Positions 38,329-46,993 of a stretch of 64,000 bases of DNA are shown here, one piece after another; position 1 is the first letter of the stretch; every line of letters starts with the position of its first letter. This DNA is from a virus (taxonomy: Duplodnaviria; Heunggongvirae; Uroviricota; Caudoviricetes), in the IMG/VR virus record IMGVR_UViG_3300020156_000001, positions 234,321 to 298,320 of that record. One strand, written 5' to 3'. The notes under the pieces were generated by a model. It was not told the DNA's origin and searched no databases. It saw nothing but the letters and a program-made list of their open reading frames with translations. The position numbers and the translations under genes are program-made.

Positions 38329-38783
38329 TAATATCCCGCAGCTTTATATAAAATTCTATCCATTGCACTCATGCACTCATCATAGCCAATGGGATCATCG
38401 TTGCGGAACTCTTCAGCAGTTTTGTATTTGGGCAGACTGGTTGAGAAGAACTCGTTGTTGAGCTGAAGATACGCTTCCCAAACTTGTTCCTCAGTAAAGC
38501 TGATGGGACCGGACTTACGTAGGATCCACCAGTAGTTGACGTTTGGATCTTCATCGAGTTCTTCAAAAAACACCGCAGCAAGTTCTGCGTTGATAACTTG
38601 TGGTTCAGCCGTTGCAGTCAAATGATTGGAAAGATCTATAAGCTTGTTTTTGTTGATCACACTGGGTAAAACTTTTCGGTCAAATAGCATGGCGCCGATT
38701 ATAAACGTATCCAACCCCACGGTGCCCGGATACCAACGAGAGGCCACATAAAGCTTTTTGTAATTGGCTCGTTCGTAAATCAT
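38325..38783 (-). CDS. Hypothetical protein
   Basis: 152 aa; RBS aaggaga; own early promoter. Confidence 0.6.
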   Translation of the reverse strand: MIYERANYKKLYVASRWYPGTVGLDTFIIGAMLFDRKVLPSVINKNKLIDLSNHLTATAEPQVINAELAAVFFEELDEDPNVNYWWILRKSGPISFTEEQVWEAYLQLNNEFFSTSLPKYKTAEEFRNDDPIGYDECMSAMDRILYKAAGYY

Positions 38784-38801
38784 ACGGATCTCCTTTGTAC
38801 C

Positions 38802-38829
38802 AGCTTAGCAGGTCTTGGAGATCAGTCAA
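38802..38829 (-). promoter_or_regulatory. Early sigma70-like promoter
   Basis: TTGACT-gatctccaagacctgc (16 nt)-TAAGCT. Confidence 0.6.
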
Positions 38830-38831
38830 GG

Positions 38832-38854
38832 AAAAGCCCGGACTAAGCCGGGCT
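38832..38854 (-). terminator. Intrinsic terminator after sheath gene
   Basis: agcccgg/ccgggct stem plus UUUU. Confidence 0.7.
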
Positions 38855-38859
38855 CCTCA

Positions 38860-41800
38860 TTATAGTGTTGTCGAAACCGAGTAAAGCTCGGAGAGATCAT
38901 CACCCGTATTAACGATACGGATTGGAATGTAGATGAACTCGATTGCCTTTACCGGCTGGATAGCAACGTCAACCCACAACTCGTTACGATCAATACGATC
39001 TGGTGTGTTGTTGGTTTCATCGCAAACTACGATAAAGTCGTACATTGCATCCAAGTTAACAAGCGAAGCCAAGTAACGCTCGAAAGCAATACGGATGGAG
39101 TCGCGTGTGTGGAATGTGTGTGGCTGGAACAAGAACGGACGGCTCAAGTTGTCCAGGTTGTAACGCATGTGGTTGATCAAACGTGCTACGTTGATACGAT
39201 CCATTGCGCTTGCTGTGGAGCTACGTGTCTTCTGACCGTAAATCATCAATCCGCGATTTGGAATAAACGCAATTGGGTTGATGTTGTTGGAGTAAAGAAC
39301 ATCGCGCTGACCTTCGTTGAGAAGCAAGCTACGGAACTCTTCTTCCGGTGTTAGGTAACCAACATTCGAAGCGTTAGTGATAAGACCACGAACTGTACCA
39401 GCTGGAGCGTACCATGGGTAGCTTACCGAGTCGCTATATGCGATGCTGCGCATTGCCATAGCCGATGGAGGAACCATGATCTCAAAGCCATCAACGTTGG
39501 AACCCAAGCCCCAAGGATAGTAAACACCAACGTATGGGTTGAATGTTGTGATGCCCTGTTCGCCATTGCTGATCGCGCCGGAGAGTTCTGCCTTTGCCCA
39601 CTTCTGGATTTCTGTAGCCGAACCGTTCAAGCGGATTGGAGTATCACCAACGATAAACGCAACTTCCTTCTTGTCCGTGTTGAGTGTTACCATCTCATCG
39701 ATCAGCTCAGGATAACCTGGAGCAGCGATCAAGTTGAAGTAGATGGACTCTGCACGGATGTCTTGGTTGCTGTTGATTGTGTTGGTAAGCGAACGAACAA
39801 TAACCGCACGCTGAGCCTTGCGACCCATCATTGGAGCGCCATCAGCATTGTTGCCGCTGATTGTTACCCAACGACCTGCATCAGCAACTGGATCAAATGT
39901 AGAGAAGCCAACTTCGTAATCGTTGATTGTGAAGTCAGTGGACTCGTATTCACCAGCAAAGTAATTTGGACGCCACTGCTTTACGTTCATTGTCGAGAAG
40001 CGAGTGTTGAACAGAAGTGTACCTTCTGGGTAAACACGTGGATCTGGAGCATCCGGATCAACATAGTTGCTGCGCAATAGGCTAGACGCATCTGTTGCAC
40101 CCTTACGGGAGCTTGTAGCGGTTTCGCGTGCATCAGCAAACACAATACCAAATGGTGTTGTGGAGTCTGTGTTGTCTACTAGGAACCAGTTACGGGAAGC
40201 TGCCTGGTAACGATATAGCTTTGGATAGTTTTCCAAATCACCTGTGTTGATCCACAAGTCGTTCTGTGCAAGTGGCTGACCATTCTGCTGGTACATTGGA
40301 GGTGTAGCCTGCAGGATAACGCCGCTTTCGCTTGTAGCGGAATTGCCCATGTAGTTCTTGTAACCAACCCACTGGTCGCCATCATTGATCATGATGTCAA
40401 CTTGGAAGTCGTCGTTGAACCAGAGGTAACCCTCTTCAGCGTCTGTTACTGGGGCAGTTGGACCAAAGTTGTAAACTAGTGGTTCCCAAGCCAAACCATT
40501 CCAACGACGCAGCTCATGTGTGCCCATTGGAAGTTCGATAGAACCAGTTACGTTGAACTGAACGTAGAGAACACCAATGCTCTTATTTGCGCCAAACAAA
40601 GCATTTGCAGCGGCATCGTTAGCAAGCAATGGAGCTACGATTGTGTCCCAAAGACCTGTGTTACCGTTGAAATACTTAACAGACCAGTTAGCACCGTTGT
40701 TGTACTGAGTTGTGTTAACCCAAACATCACCAGCAACAACATTCTTACGACCTAGGTCGTCGATGCGCGATGGAATTGTGTAGTGTGGGCTGAAACGCAA
40801 AGCTACGCCAAACTTGGTTACTAGACCAAGAACAGTTGCAGCATTGCCGTTGCTGTTGACGATGATATCGCCACCAAGCTTGTTAACCAATACAAGTGAA
40901 CCACTCTGTTCGTAAGCTACGATCTGGTTTGCAGTTGGACCCTTTGCAGCGTCGGCAACTAGGCCAGCCAAAACAGTGTTGATTTCCGTAGCAATATCGG
41001 CAACAGTTAGAGTTGCACCAGTAAATGTAACGTCTACCGCGCTTAGCGTGTCGTTGCTTACGTTGATGCGAAGTGTTGTGTTAGCGATTGCTGGGATAGC
41101 AGCGGAACCCAAGTTGTTACCTGCGGTACGTGTTGGGGATGCAGCCTTCCAAAGAGCCGAACCAACCTTGAACCAGAAGCTCGAAGCAAGTGGATCGTTG
41201 GACGATGTGATACCTGCTGGGCGAACCTTCTGGAAGATTTCGTTGTCATTGTTTTCTGCAACAACAACAGCAAAAGAACCATCAAGACCGATACCAGCGC
41301 GTGGGCCAAAGCTGCCATCAAACTCACCAGCCTGTAGACCCAATGCAACAGCAACAGCCGACGATGTACCGCCGAGTGTGATTGCAGTGTTGCTTACCGT
41401 GCAACGGATAAGTAGGCTTGCCTTTTCAGCAAGTTGGAATACGCTTGCTGTAACGCCAGCGATCGAAGCCGCGTTGATCTTTGTTACGATTGCCTGAAGT
41501 GTATCACCACCAGCCAAAGCAACAGCCTGGCCGTTGATGCTGATGTTACCAGCAGTTGCAAGAACCTGATCACCTGCGGAATCAAACTCAACACCGCCGA
41601 TAAGACGATATTCAACTTCAGTTGCTTCGTCAAGTACGACTGGAGTCTGTGGAACCCAAGCAGAACCTGGGAATGTGGAATCAACACCCTCGTGAATACC
41701 CCATACTGTGGACTTTGTGTCAAGCCAGTATGTGCCAGCGAATGGTTCGCCAACTGGTTCTTCCGAACGTGGGAAAAGCTGAGAATAGTCAACAGAACCA

Positions 41801-42141
41801 CGAATAACGTATGCCTTGTTTGCCATACCCAAGTAGGAATATGCAGCCCACAAGCCGTATTCGTTTAGTTCAAAACCATGACGGCTTGTACCATTCTTCT
41901 GATAGAAGATTGGGTTGCCGAAGGTTTGGACAAGTTCACGCTGGCTTGTTACCAGGTAAAGCTGATTTGCTTTTTCAGGCAGTGTACCAACGGAAATGTC
42001 TGTGCCATTAGGATGAGTCTTGTACTCATGCGTACCAATGATAAACAGAGGCACCGTGCCTTCGCCAGATGTTGCGTAAAACGACTCGTCGGTTACGGTA
42101 ACATCTACGCCTGGAGAAGTTAGTGGATAGGCCATATTCAT
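38860..42141 (-). CDS. gp18: Contractile tail sheath protein (gp18-like) with large insertions
   Basis: SPGVDVTVTDES N-terminus; FNLIAAPGYPEL, VYYPWG, PWYAPAGTVRG, INPI, RINVARL and IQPVKAIEFIYIP. Confidence 0.92.
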   Translation of the reverse strand: MNMAYPLTSPGVDVTVTDESFYATSGEGTVPLFIIGTHEYKTHPNGTDISVGTLPEKANQLYLVTSQRELVQTFGNPIFYQKNGTSRHGFELNEYGLWAAYSYLGMANKAYVIRGSVDYSQLFPRSEEPVGEPFAGTYWLDTKSTVWGIHEGVDSTFPGSAWVPQTPVVLDEATEVEYRLIGGVEFDSAGDQVLATAGNISINGQAVALAGGDTLQAIVTKINAASIAGVTASVFQLAEKASLLIRCTVSNTAITLGGTSSAVAVALGLQAGEFDGSFGPRAGIGLDGSFAVVVAENNDNEIFQKVRPAGITSSNDPLASSFWFKVGSALWKAASPTRTAGNNLGSAAIPAIANTTLRINVSNDTLSAVDVTFTGATLTVADIATEINTVLAGLVADAAKGPTANQIVAYEQSGSLVLVNKLGGDIIVNSNGNAATVLGLVTKFGVALRFSPHYTIPSRIDDLGRKNVVAGDVWVNTTQYNNGANWSVKYFNGNTGLWDTIVAPLLANDAAANALFGANKSIGVLYVQFNVTGSIELPMGTHELRRWNGLAWEPLVYNFGPTAPVTDAEEGYLWFNDDFQVDIMINDGDQWVGYKNYMGNSATSESGVILQATPPMYQQNGQPLAQNDLWINTGDLENYPKLYRYQAASRNWFLVDNTDSTTPFGIVFADARETATSSRKGATDASSLLRSNYVDPDAPDPRVYPEGTLLFNTRFSTMNVKQWRPNYFAGEYESTDFTINDYEVGFSTFDPVADAGRWVTISGNNADGAPMMGRKAQRAVIVRSLTNTINSNQDIRAESIYFNLIAAPGYPELIDEMVTLNTDKKEVAFIVGDTPIRLNGSATEIQKWAKAELSGAISNGEQGITTFNPYVGVYYPWGLGSNVDGFEIMVPPSAMAMRSIAYSDSVSYPWYAPAGTVRGLITNASNVGYLTPEEEFRSLLLNEGQRDVLYSNNINPIAFIPNRGLMIYGQKTRSSTASAMDRINVARLINHMRYNLDNLSRPFLFQPHTFHTRDSIRIAFERYLASLVNLDAMYDFIVVCDETNNTPDRIDRNELWVDVAIQPVKAIEFIYIPIRIVNTGDDLSELYSVSTTL

Positions 42142-42147
42142 ACCCCT

Positions 42148-42215
42148 TATAAGAACGAACGGTTTTAGGACTATGGTTGTCCTAAGTCCTCTTATTTATC
42201 CGTAGCGTTCTTATA
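42148..42215 (-). promoter_or_regulatory. Late promoter in structured leader of sheath gene
   Basis: tataagaacg/cgttcttata 10-bp outer stem abutting the RBS, inner ttaggac/gtcctaa, TAAATA at 42193-42198. Confidence 0.5.
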
Positions 42216-42243
42216 TGGTGCTATTTGGAGCCTATGTCCTGGA

Positions 42244-43158
42244 CTATACCAGTTTGTTATTTTCCGGCGAATAGTCAGGTTTTGAAGTCGCACGGGTTAG
42301 CCCGTACTTGTTTCGGAGATCCATTTGCTGTGGTTGCAGCTCAGTCCAGTCAATTTCCTCGTTGTCGGAAAACTCTCCCACGCAAATCCAAAGACGATCA
42401 CCGCGGATTACCCGACGAACTGTGGCCCAACCACCGGCTTTGTTTAGAAGTCCCTTACCCGGAACCTTGCGATCCGGCACATAAACGATGTCATCGACTT
42501 TTGGTTCGTCTACAATTGGATGCACGCTATTAAGCTGACGATCATCAAGCTCAAATGTGCCCATAAGCTTGCGGATCTCAACACGAACTTGAGCAGAGAT
42601 TTCACGAGAACCAATACCAGTCCAAATACCCTGAGGCTTGGGTGGTCGGCTGATCATTGTAATCCAACGTTCGCCATTCCACTCATACCACTTTAGAGTA
42701 TTTTTGTCCAAGAGGTATGCCCGGCACTTGCTTGGATCTTCACCATCATATTCAAAGCGATCCAAATACATTTGAATTGCCCAAGCCGTACCACCGTCCA
42801 CAGAACCGTCATACTTGATTTGAGACACCGCATATAAGCTTTGTGTGTCTCGGACTTGATACCAGTTACGACGGAGCAAGTTATTGGTAACTTCGCTCCG
42901 TGATGGGAAACTACGCTGGACTTTGCGATTGGCACGCTTCAGAGCGCCGTCCGCTAGGTTTAGCTGTTTCTGGTGTAAGCGGACTAGTTCTTGTTCTGGA
43001 GCTTGTGAGCGATGCTCTGAGAAGCTCCAGTGAATTACACCATGTCCGGCTTTGCCCGCTTGCAACCCCCACTGAAGATCCGAACCATCAGCGCCACCAC
43101 TCATGCAGAGGTTGGTTCCTGCATCCAAGCTCAGGATTAGAGATTCTTCAGCGTCCAT
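42244..43158 (-). CDS. Protein with SLOG-like N-terminal domain
   Basis: LCMSGGADGSDLQW...GGTAWA...WTGIGSR; extra C-terminal SH3-like segment. Confidence 0.45.
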   Translation of the reverse strand: MDAEESLILSLDAGTNLCMSGGADGSDLQWGLQAGKAGHGVIHWSFSEHRSQAPEQELVRLHQKQLNLADGALKRANRKVQRSFPSRSEVTNNLLRRNWYQVRDTQSLYAVSQIKYDGSVDGGTAWAIQMYLDRFEYDGEDPSKCRAYLLDKNTLKWYEWNGERWITMISRPPKPQGIWTGIGSREISAQVRVEIRKLMGTFELDDRQLNSVHPIVDEPKVDDIVYVPDRKVPGKGLLNKAGGWATVRRVIRGDRLWICVGEFSDNEEIDWTELQPQQMDLRNKYGLTRATSKPDYSPENNKLV

Positions 43159-43796
43159 CGGGTAATATCCTCGAGTTGTTCAAGCGTGCCATTGTTTTCG
43201 ATAACTGCATCAAACTCTTGACCGATCCACGCCCATTCTGAGATGTGAACACCAAGGGCATCCAACGCCTTTGCACATTCAGGAGCATGAGTAAAATCAC
43301 TGTTTGCTGCGATTGCCGTGTCCCACCACTCAGGTTCAGGACCACGCTTAACTCTTATTACCTTGCCGCCCATTTTACGAATTGTTTGTATCTCATTTGG
43401 AAAACGGCAATCCGTAACAACGATGCGATCGGCATCCTTTAGCCGATATTCGAGACTGGCAATCCAAAGAGCATCAAAGAACCCCACACGGAGTACATCC
43501 GTGCCCCAAAGCTGCAAAGCCAAACGAGGGGTAAAACGCTTGCCCAAATAGTTAAGCTTGTGGTTTGGCCAGTCCAAACGATTTTCCCACCACTCATCAG
43601 GTAGGTCTCGCCACTCTCGGCTGGCTTTGGTTTCACCCTCAAGTAGTTCACGATCCCATCCAAAGACTACCGACACGGCATCCTTTAGTGGACCAGCAAA
43701 CGAATCCCTATTATAGCCAAGTTGCTTGATAAGCATTTCCCCAACAGTGTTCTTACCGCTGCCGAGGAATCCAACGACTCCAACAATATCTTTCAT
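43137..43796 (-). CDS. Deoxynucleoside monophosphate kinase (T4 gp1-like)
   Basis: VGFLGSGKNT, SFAGPLKD, TPRLALQLWGTD, VTDCRFPNE and HISE. Confidence 0.88.
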   Translation of the reverse strand: MKDIVGVVGFLGSGKNTVGEMLIKQLGYNRDSFAGPLKDAVSVVFGWDRELLEGETKASREWRDLPDEWWENRLDWPNHKLNYLGKRFTPRLALQLWGTDVLRVGFFDALWIASLEYRLKDADRIVVTDCRFPNEIQTIRKMGGKVIRVKRGPEPEWWDTAIAANSDFTHAPECAKALDALGVHISEWAWIGQEFDAVIENNGTLEQLEDITRWTLKNL

Positions 43797-43855
43797 GAAA
43801 GCCTCAAATAAATTAAGATTTTATCTTAATTTACTGAAACCTTCCTGAATTGTCA

Positions 43856-44299
43856 TTATTTGCGGGAGTGCATTTCCCACATACGCAGGATCAATTCATT
43901 CATATGCGCGACTTGCGTGCGGATATGAGCTTCATCTGTGTCATCAGCAATCAGATCAATAGCCCGCTTGCAAAGCTTCCACTCATGTGTAGGGAAGTTC
44001 CATTTGGATGGATCAGTCTCCAGTAGATCATCGGCGGTTTGGCATTGCGAGTATTGCGATGTCCATGTTTTCCTACTGATCATGTTCATGCGAGTATCGA
44101 GGAACACGAGAAAGTCATAGTAGATGTCTACAAAGTCGCTATGTCGATAAGAGTTGATTTTGCCCGACTTGTACAGGGCTTCCGCAAAGTCCTTGATCGT
44201 GATAATTTCGGAGTCTCGGAGCTTGGCTACCAACGCCACTTGTTTGAACTCTTTCCAGAGATCAACAATCCAATCTGCGTTAATTTGTCGTACGCTCAT
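43856..44299 (-). CDS. Hypothetical protein
   Basis: 147 aa in a coupled operon. Confidence 0.55.
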   Translation of the reverse strand: MSVRQINADWIVDLWKEFKQVALVAKLRDSEIITIKDFAEALYKSGKINSYRHSDFVDIYYDFLVFLDTRMNMISRKTWTSQYSQCQTADDLLETDPSKWNFPTHEWKLCKRAIDLIADDTDEAHIRTQVAHMNELILRMWEMHSRK

Positions 44300-44865
44300 A
44301 GCTTTGATAGATCCACGTGAATAATACTAACTGGATTAACATATGCAAGCTTGATCGAAGCCACGGTAGCTTCGTGCTTTACGAACAAACTGCGATTGTG
44401 TGTTTTGAACTGTCCTCGCTTTAAACCAACTTGTTTGGCAAGTGATTTCAATTCATCTCCGTTGCTTATTGGAACGTCAGGAAAATACATCACGTGTACC
44501 ATACCATTGAGCCGGAAGTCAGGAAACGCATGATCCATGTCCCAAAGCAAGCGTGTTCCTAAACGAAAATTTCCTTTTGAAATTCTCTCTTGAATTTTTT
44601 GACGGAGAGCCCATCTAGTAAGAACATCATCAAAATCGTTATCAGCTTGCTTCTCAACGACATGGTGTTCTTCTTTGATTATCTTGAGCCGATTTACCCA
44701 TTTTTCATGACTGCAATGGATGGAACGAAAAGCTTGAAACAAAGCAAATTCGGCCTCAGCAAAACTCTCATACATTCGTCCCGCACTATCAAACCGACGG
44801 TCTTTATTACCGGTAAAAAAGTTGCCATGCTCATTCTTAATCCGATAGTAGGTACGCACTTCCAT
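44296..44865 (-). CDS. Hypothetical protein
   Basis: 189 aa; YYRIKNEHGNFFTG N-terminus. Confidence 0.55.
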   Translation of the reverse strand: MEVRTYYRIKNEHGNFFTGNKDRRFDSAGRMYESFAEAEFALFQAFRSIHCSHEKWVNRLKIIKEEHHVVEKQADNDFDDVLTRWALRQKIQERISKGNFRLGTRLLWDMDHAFPDFRLNGMVHVMYFPDVPISNGDELKSLAKQVGLKRGQFKTHNRSLFVKHEATVASIKLAYVNPVSIIHVDLSKL

Positions 44866-45602
44866 TACGATGCTTTCAACGTCAATTTGCCGGTGGCTTC
44901 AAAGTCTTTGTAGATTTCAGGGAAATCAAAAAAAGCACCTGGAATGCCATAAGTTAGCTTGAATAGTGTAGCATCGGCTTTGTTGCGAAACAACACCAAG
45001 TGATTAATGGTACGTGTTTGTGGGTACTTGAGGCCAATATCCTTGGTTAGGATCTTGATTCCTTCTTCTCCATAATAAGCAAATGAGCTCGTAGTTATAT
45101 ACGAGGGCACTACATTTTTAATCGAGTCCCAGTTTACCTTGGCCCACTCATTTAGCTTTTTCTCATTGAGAGCCATTGCATAATGGTAATTTGCTTTGTT
45201 TGGGCGGCGATGAAAGCTTTCATAATAACTGGCAACGCCAAAGGGCAGCTTTAACCGGTAGATGCCCTCCATGAGTTCATCCAGTTTAAGCTTCTCAATT
45301 AGAGACTTGCTTGGGGTCTTCTGGTCATTCACATAGGAAGTGACCCGCAACTGCATGACATATGCGTTTTGCAGTAGCTCAATAAAAGCGGCACGCTTGA
45401 TAGTTTGTTGCGTGTACTGGAAAAGCTCCTGTTCACTTGAAAAGGTTTGGCCGTCGGCTTGATCATGCCAACCCTTTCCAAGGACATAGAACTGTTTAGT
45501 GGTGCGGTGACGGAAAACGTAGGCAAATCCGTTACGTACGGTTTCCTGTCTGTTGACTTTATCGGGTAGGCTTTGGACCGACATTAACTGGATCATTCTC
45601 AA
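44865..45602 (-). CDS. Hypothetical protein with C-terminal F-x-NK-x-DA-x-x-FKL motif
   Basis: LFRNKADATLFKL. Confidence 0.55.
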   Translation of the reverse strand: MRMIQLMSVQSLPDKVNRQETVRNGFAYVFRHRTTKQFYVLGKGWHDQADGQTFSSEQELFQYTQQTIKRAAFIELLQNAYVMQLRVTSYVNDQKTPSKSLIEKLKLDELMEGIYRLKLPFGVASYYESFHRRPNKANYHYAMALNEKKLNEWAKVNWDSIKNVVPSYITTSSFAYYGEEGIKILTKDIGLKYPQTRTINHLVLFRNKADATLFKLTYGIPGAFFDFPEIYKDFEATGKLTLKAS

Positions 45603-46020
45603 GAAGGCCCAGGGCCCTCAGAACGATTTCCAGCTTTGCCTTATCGCCGAATACGTATGCGGTTGTTACCACATGCGGCAGCAGATGAAGAGTCCGGCCA
45701 TCGAGCAAGGGGTACTCGGGATCAGCGACCAAACTGGCCTTGAATTCGAGTGCCTGAGCGATTGTAACAGCGTCTTCGATCTGCTTTAGAGTTGCACCCA
45801 GCGCGATGGTTGTGCCGAAGCCACGAACACGACCAGTCGCATCCTTTGCTTCATTGCACCATTCTATCACAGCAGGATCAACTGTACCCTGCTCGATTGC
45901 TGGCATTGTGATGTAATCCCAGGTGAAAGCGTTTGCAGCGTGGGCACCCTGTGCAACGGACTTGCCGCGACCAAGGCTTTCCATATCTGTGCGAACGAGA
46001 ATGTACAGATAATTTGGCAT
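45559..46020 (-). CDS. Peptidyl-tRNA hydrolase 2 (Pth2)-like protein
   Basis: LYILVRTDMESLGRGKSVAQGAHA is the Pth2 family signature. Confidence 0.75.
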   Translation of the reverse strand: MPNYLYILVRTDMESLGRGKSVAQGAHAANAFTWDYITMPAIEQGTVDPAVIEWCNEAKDATGRVRGFGTTIALGATLKQIEDAVTIAQALEFKASLVADPEYPLLDGRTLHLLPHVVTTAYVFGDKAKLEIVLRALGLLENDPVNVGPKPTR

Positions 46021-46076
46021 AGCTTTCTCCTATTGATCTATACGTCCTATATAGGACAGAAACCTAGGTGTCAAGC

Positions 46077-46568
46077 CTAGATAGTCAAGTTTTTCCGCAA
46101 AAAGGAAAGCCCATCATTCTTATTGGAAAACCAATACACGGGACCATTGGCATCAAACTTGATATCATAGTCCGCATGACTCATATAGGAATCTTTGGCC
46201 TTGGGCATTTCCATCTTTAGCCCAAACATCTTGCTTTCCAAATGACCGCTATTGCGCTCAACCTCCAGCACTTCATCAAATGTGCGGAGAGCACCGTCTT
46301 TGTGGCCTTCACCATAGAGGGCAAAGTTACGGTGCATGGAGAGGCCAACGCTGACATTGTCCTGTTTGCGGCTGACTTGTGCGCGATAGATGGCTTGCCC
46401 ATACAAGCTGATGAATTGTTCGGGGAAGATAATGGCGCCGCGATACTGGCCTACTTGCTTGATTCGTGCGCGATAAGTTTCCACGAGCGAGCTTGGTGAC
46501 TGAAGCAGCCGATAGATGCGGTACTTCTCGTTGCTCATCTTTTTAAAGTTGAGTTCTTCGACGCTCAT
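46077..46568 (-). CDS. Hypothetical protein
   Basis: 163 aa; YWFSNKNDGLSF; RBS aaggaga. Confidence 0.55.
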   Translation of the reverse strand: MSVEELNFKKMSNEKYRIYRLLQSPSSLVETYRARIKQVGQYRGAIIFPEQFISLYGQAIYRAQVSRKQDNVSVGLSMHRNFALYGEGHKDGALRTFDEVLEVERNSGHLESKMFGLKMEMPKAKDSYMSHADYDIKFDANGPVYWFSNKNDGLSFLRKNLTI

Positions 46569-46587
46569 GTTGAATCTCCTTTGCTCC

Positions 46588-46615
46588 GCAATAACAGGTA
46601 TTGGAAATCAGTCAA
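46588..46615 (-). promoter_or_regulatory. Early sigma70-like promoter
   Basis: TTGACT-gatttccaatacctgt (16 nt)-TATTGC; spacer nearly identical to the promoter at 38802. Confidence 0.6.
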
Positions 46616-46616
46616 C

Positions 46617-46645
46617 AAAAAACCGTGGGAATTGAAATCCCACGG
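46617..46645 (-). terminator. Intrinsic terminator
   Basis: ccgtggga/tcccacgg stem plus U6. Confidence 0.8.
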
Positions 46646-46685
46646 CAAGTTTGACATTAGGTAAGCAAAGGCTGTGAACGCAGTA

Positions 46686-46898
46686 TCAAGCGGCCAAGAG
46701 ACGCTCAGCAAGTGCCTTGGTGTCTGCTAGGCGAACGTAGGCTTCTTCCAAGGTGGGCAAATTGCTCCGGCAGATGCGCTTGGCGTCGGCAAGTGGAACC
46801 TGCGAAGAAGTCATCTTCTCGAGAACTTGTTCAACGTAAGCGTTATAAGCGTGGTGCATTTCTAGCTTCCTCATATTGCATTCACAGCGCAAGAACAC
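46686..46898 (-). CDS. Small hypothetical protein
   Basis: Probable start MHHAYN after gagga RBS; followed by a terminator. Confidence 0.4.
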   Translation of the reverse strand: MFLRCECNMRKLEMHHAYNAYVEQVLEKMTSSQVPLADAKRICRSNLPTLEEAYVRLADTKALAERLLAA

Positions 46899-46993
46899 AT
46901 GACCTACGAAAAAGTTGCAAAATAATTTGCGTTTTCACAAATTATATGAATTTTAGTGGTTTGCAATATGCTGAAGCGCACGTGAACACGTTT

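Noticed and set aside
46650-46990. tmRNA suggested by the LAA-ending frame
   Set aside because: No tRNA-like ends or pseudoknot series; it is better explained as a small gene with its own RBS.
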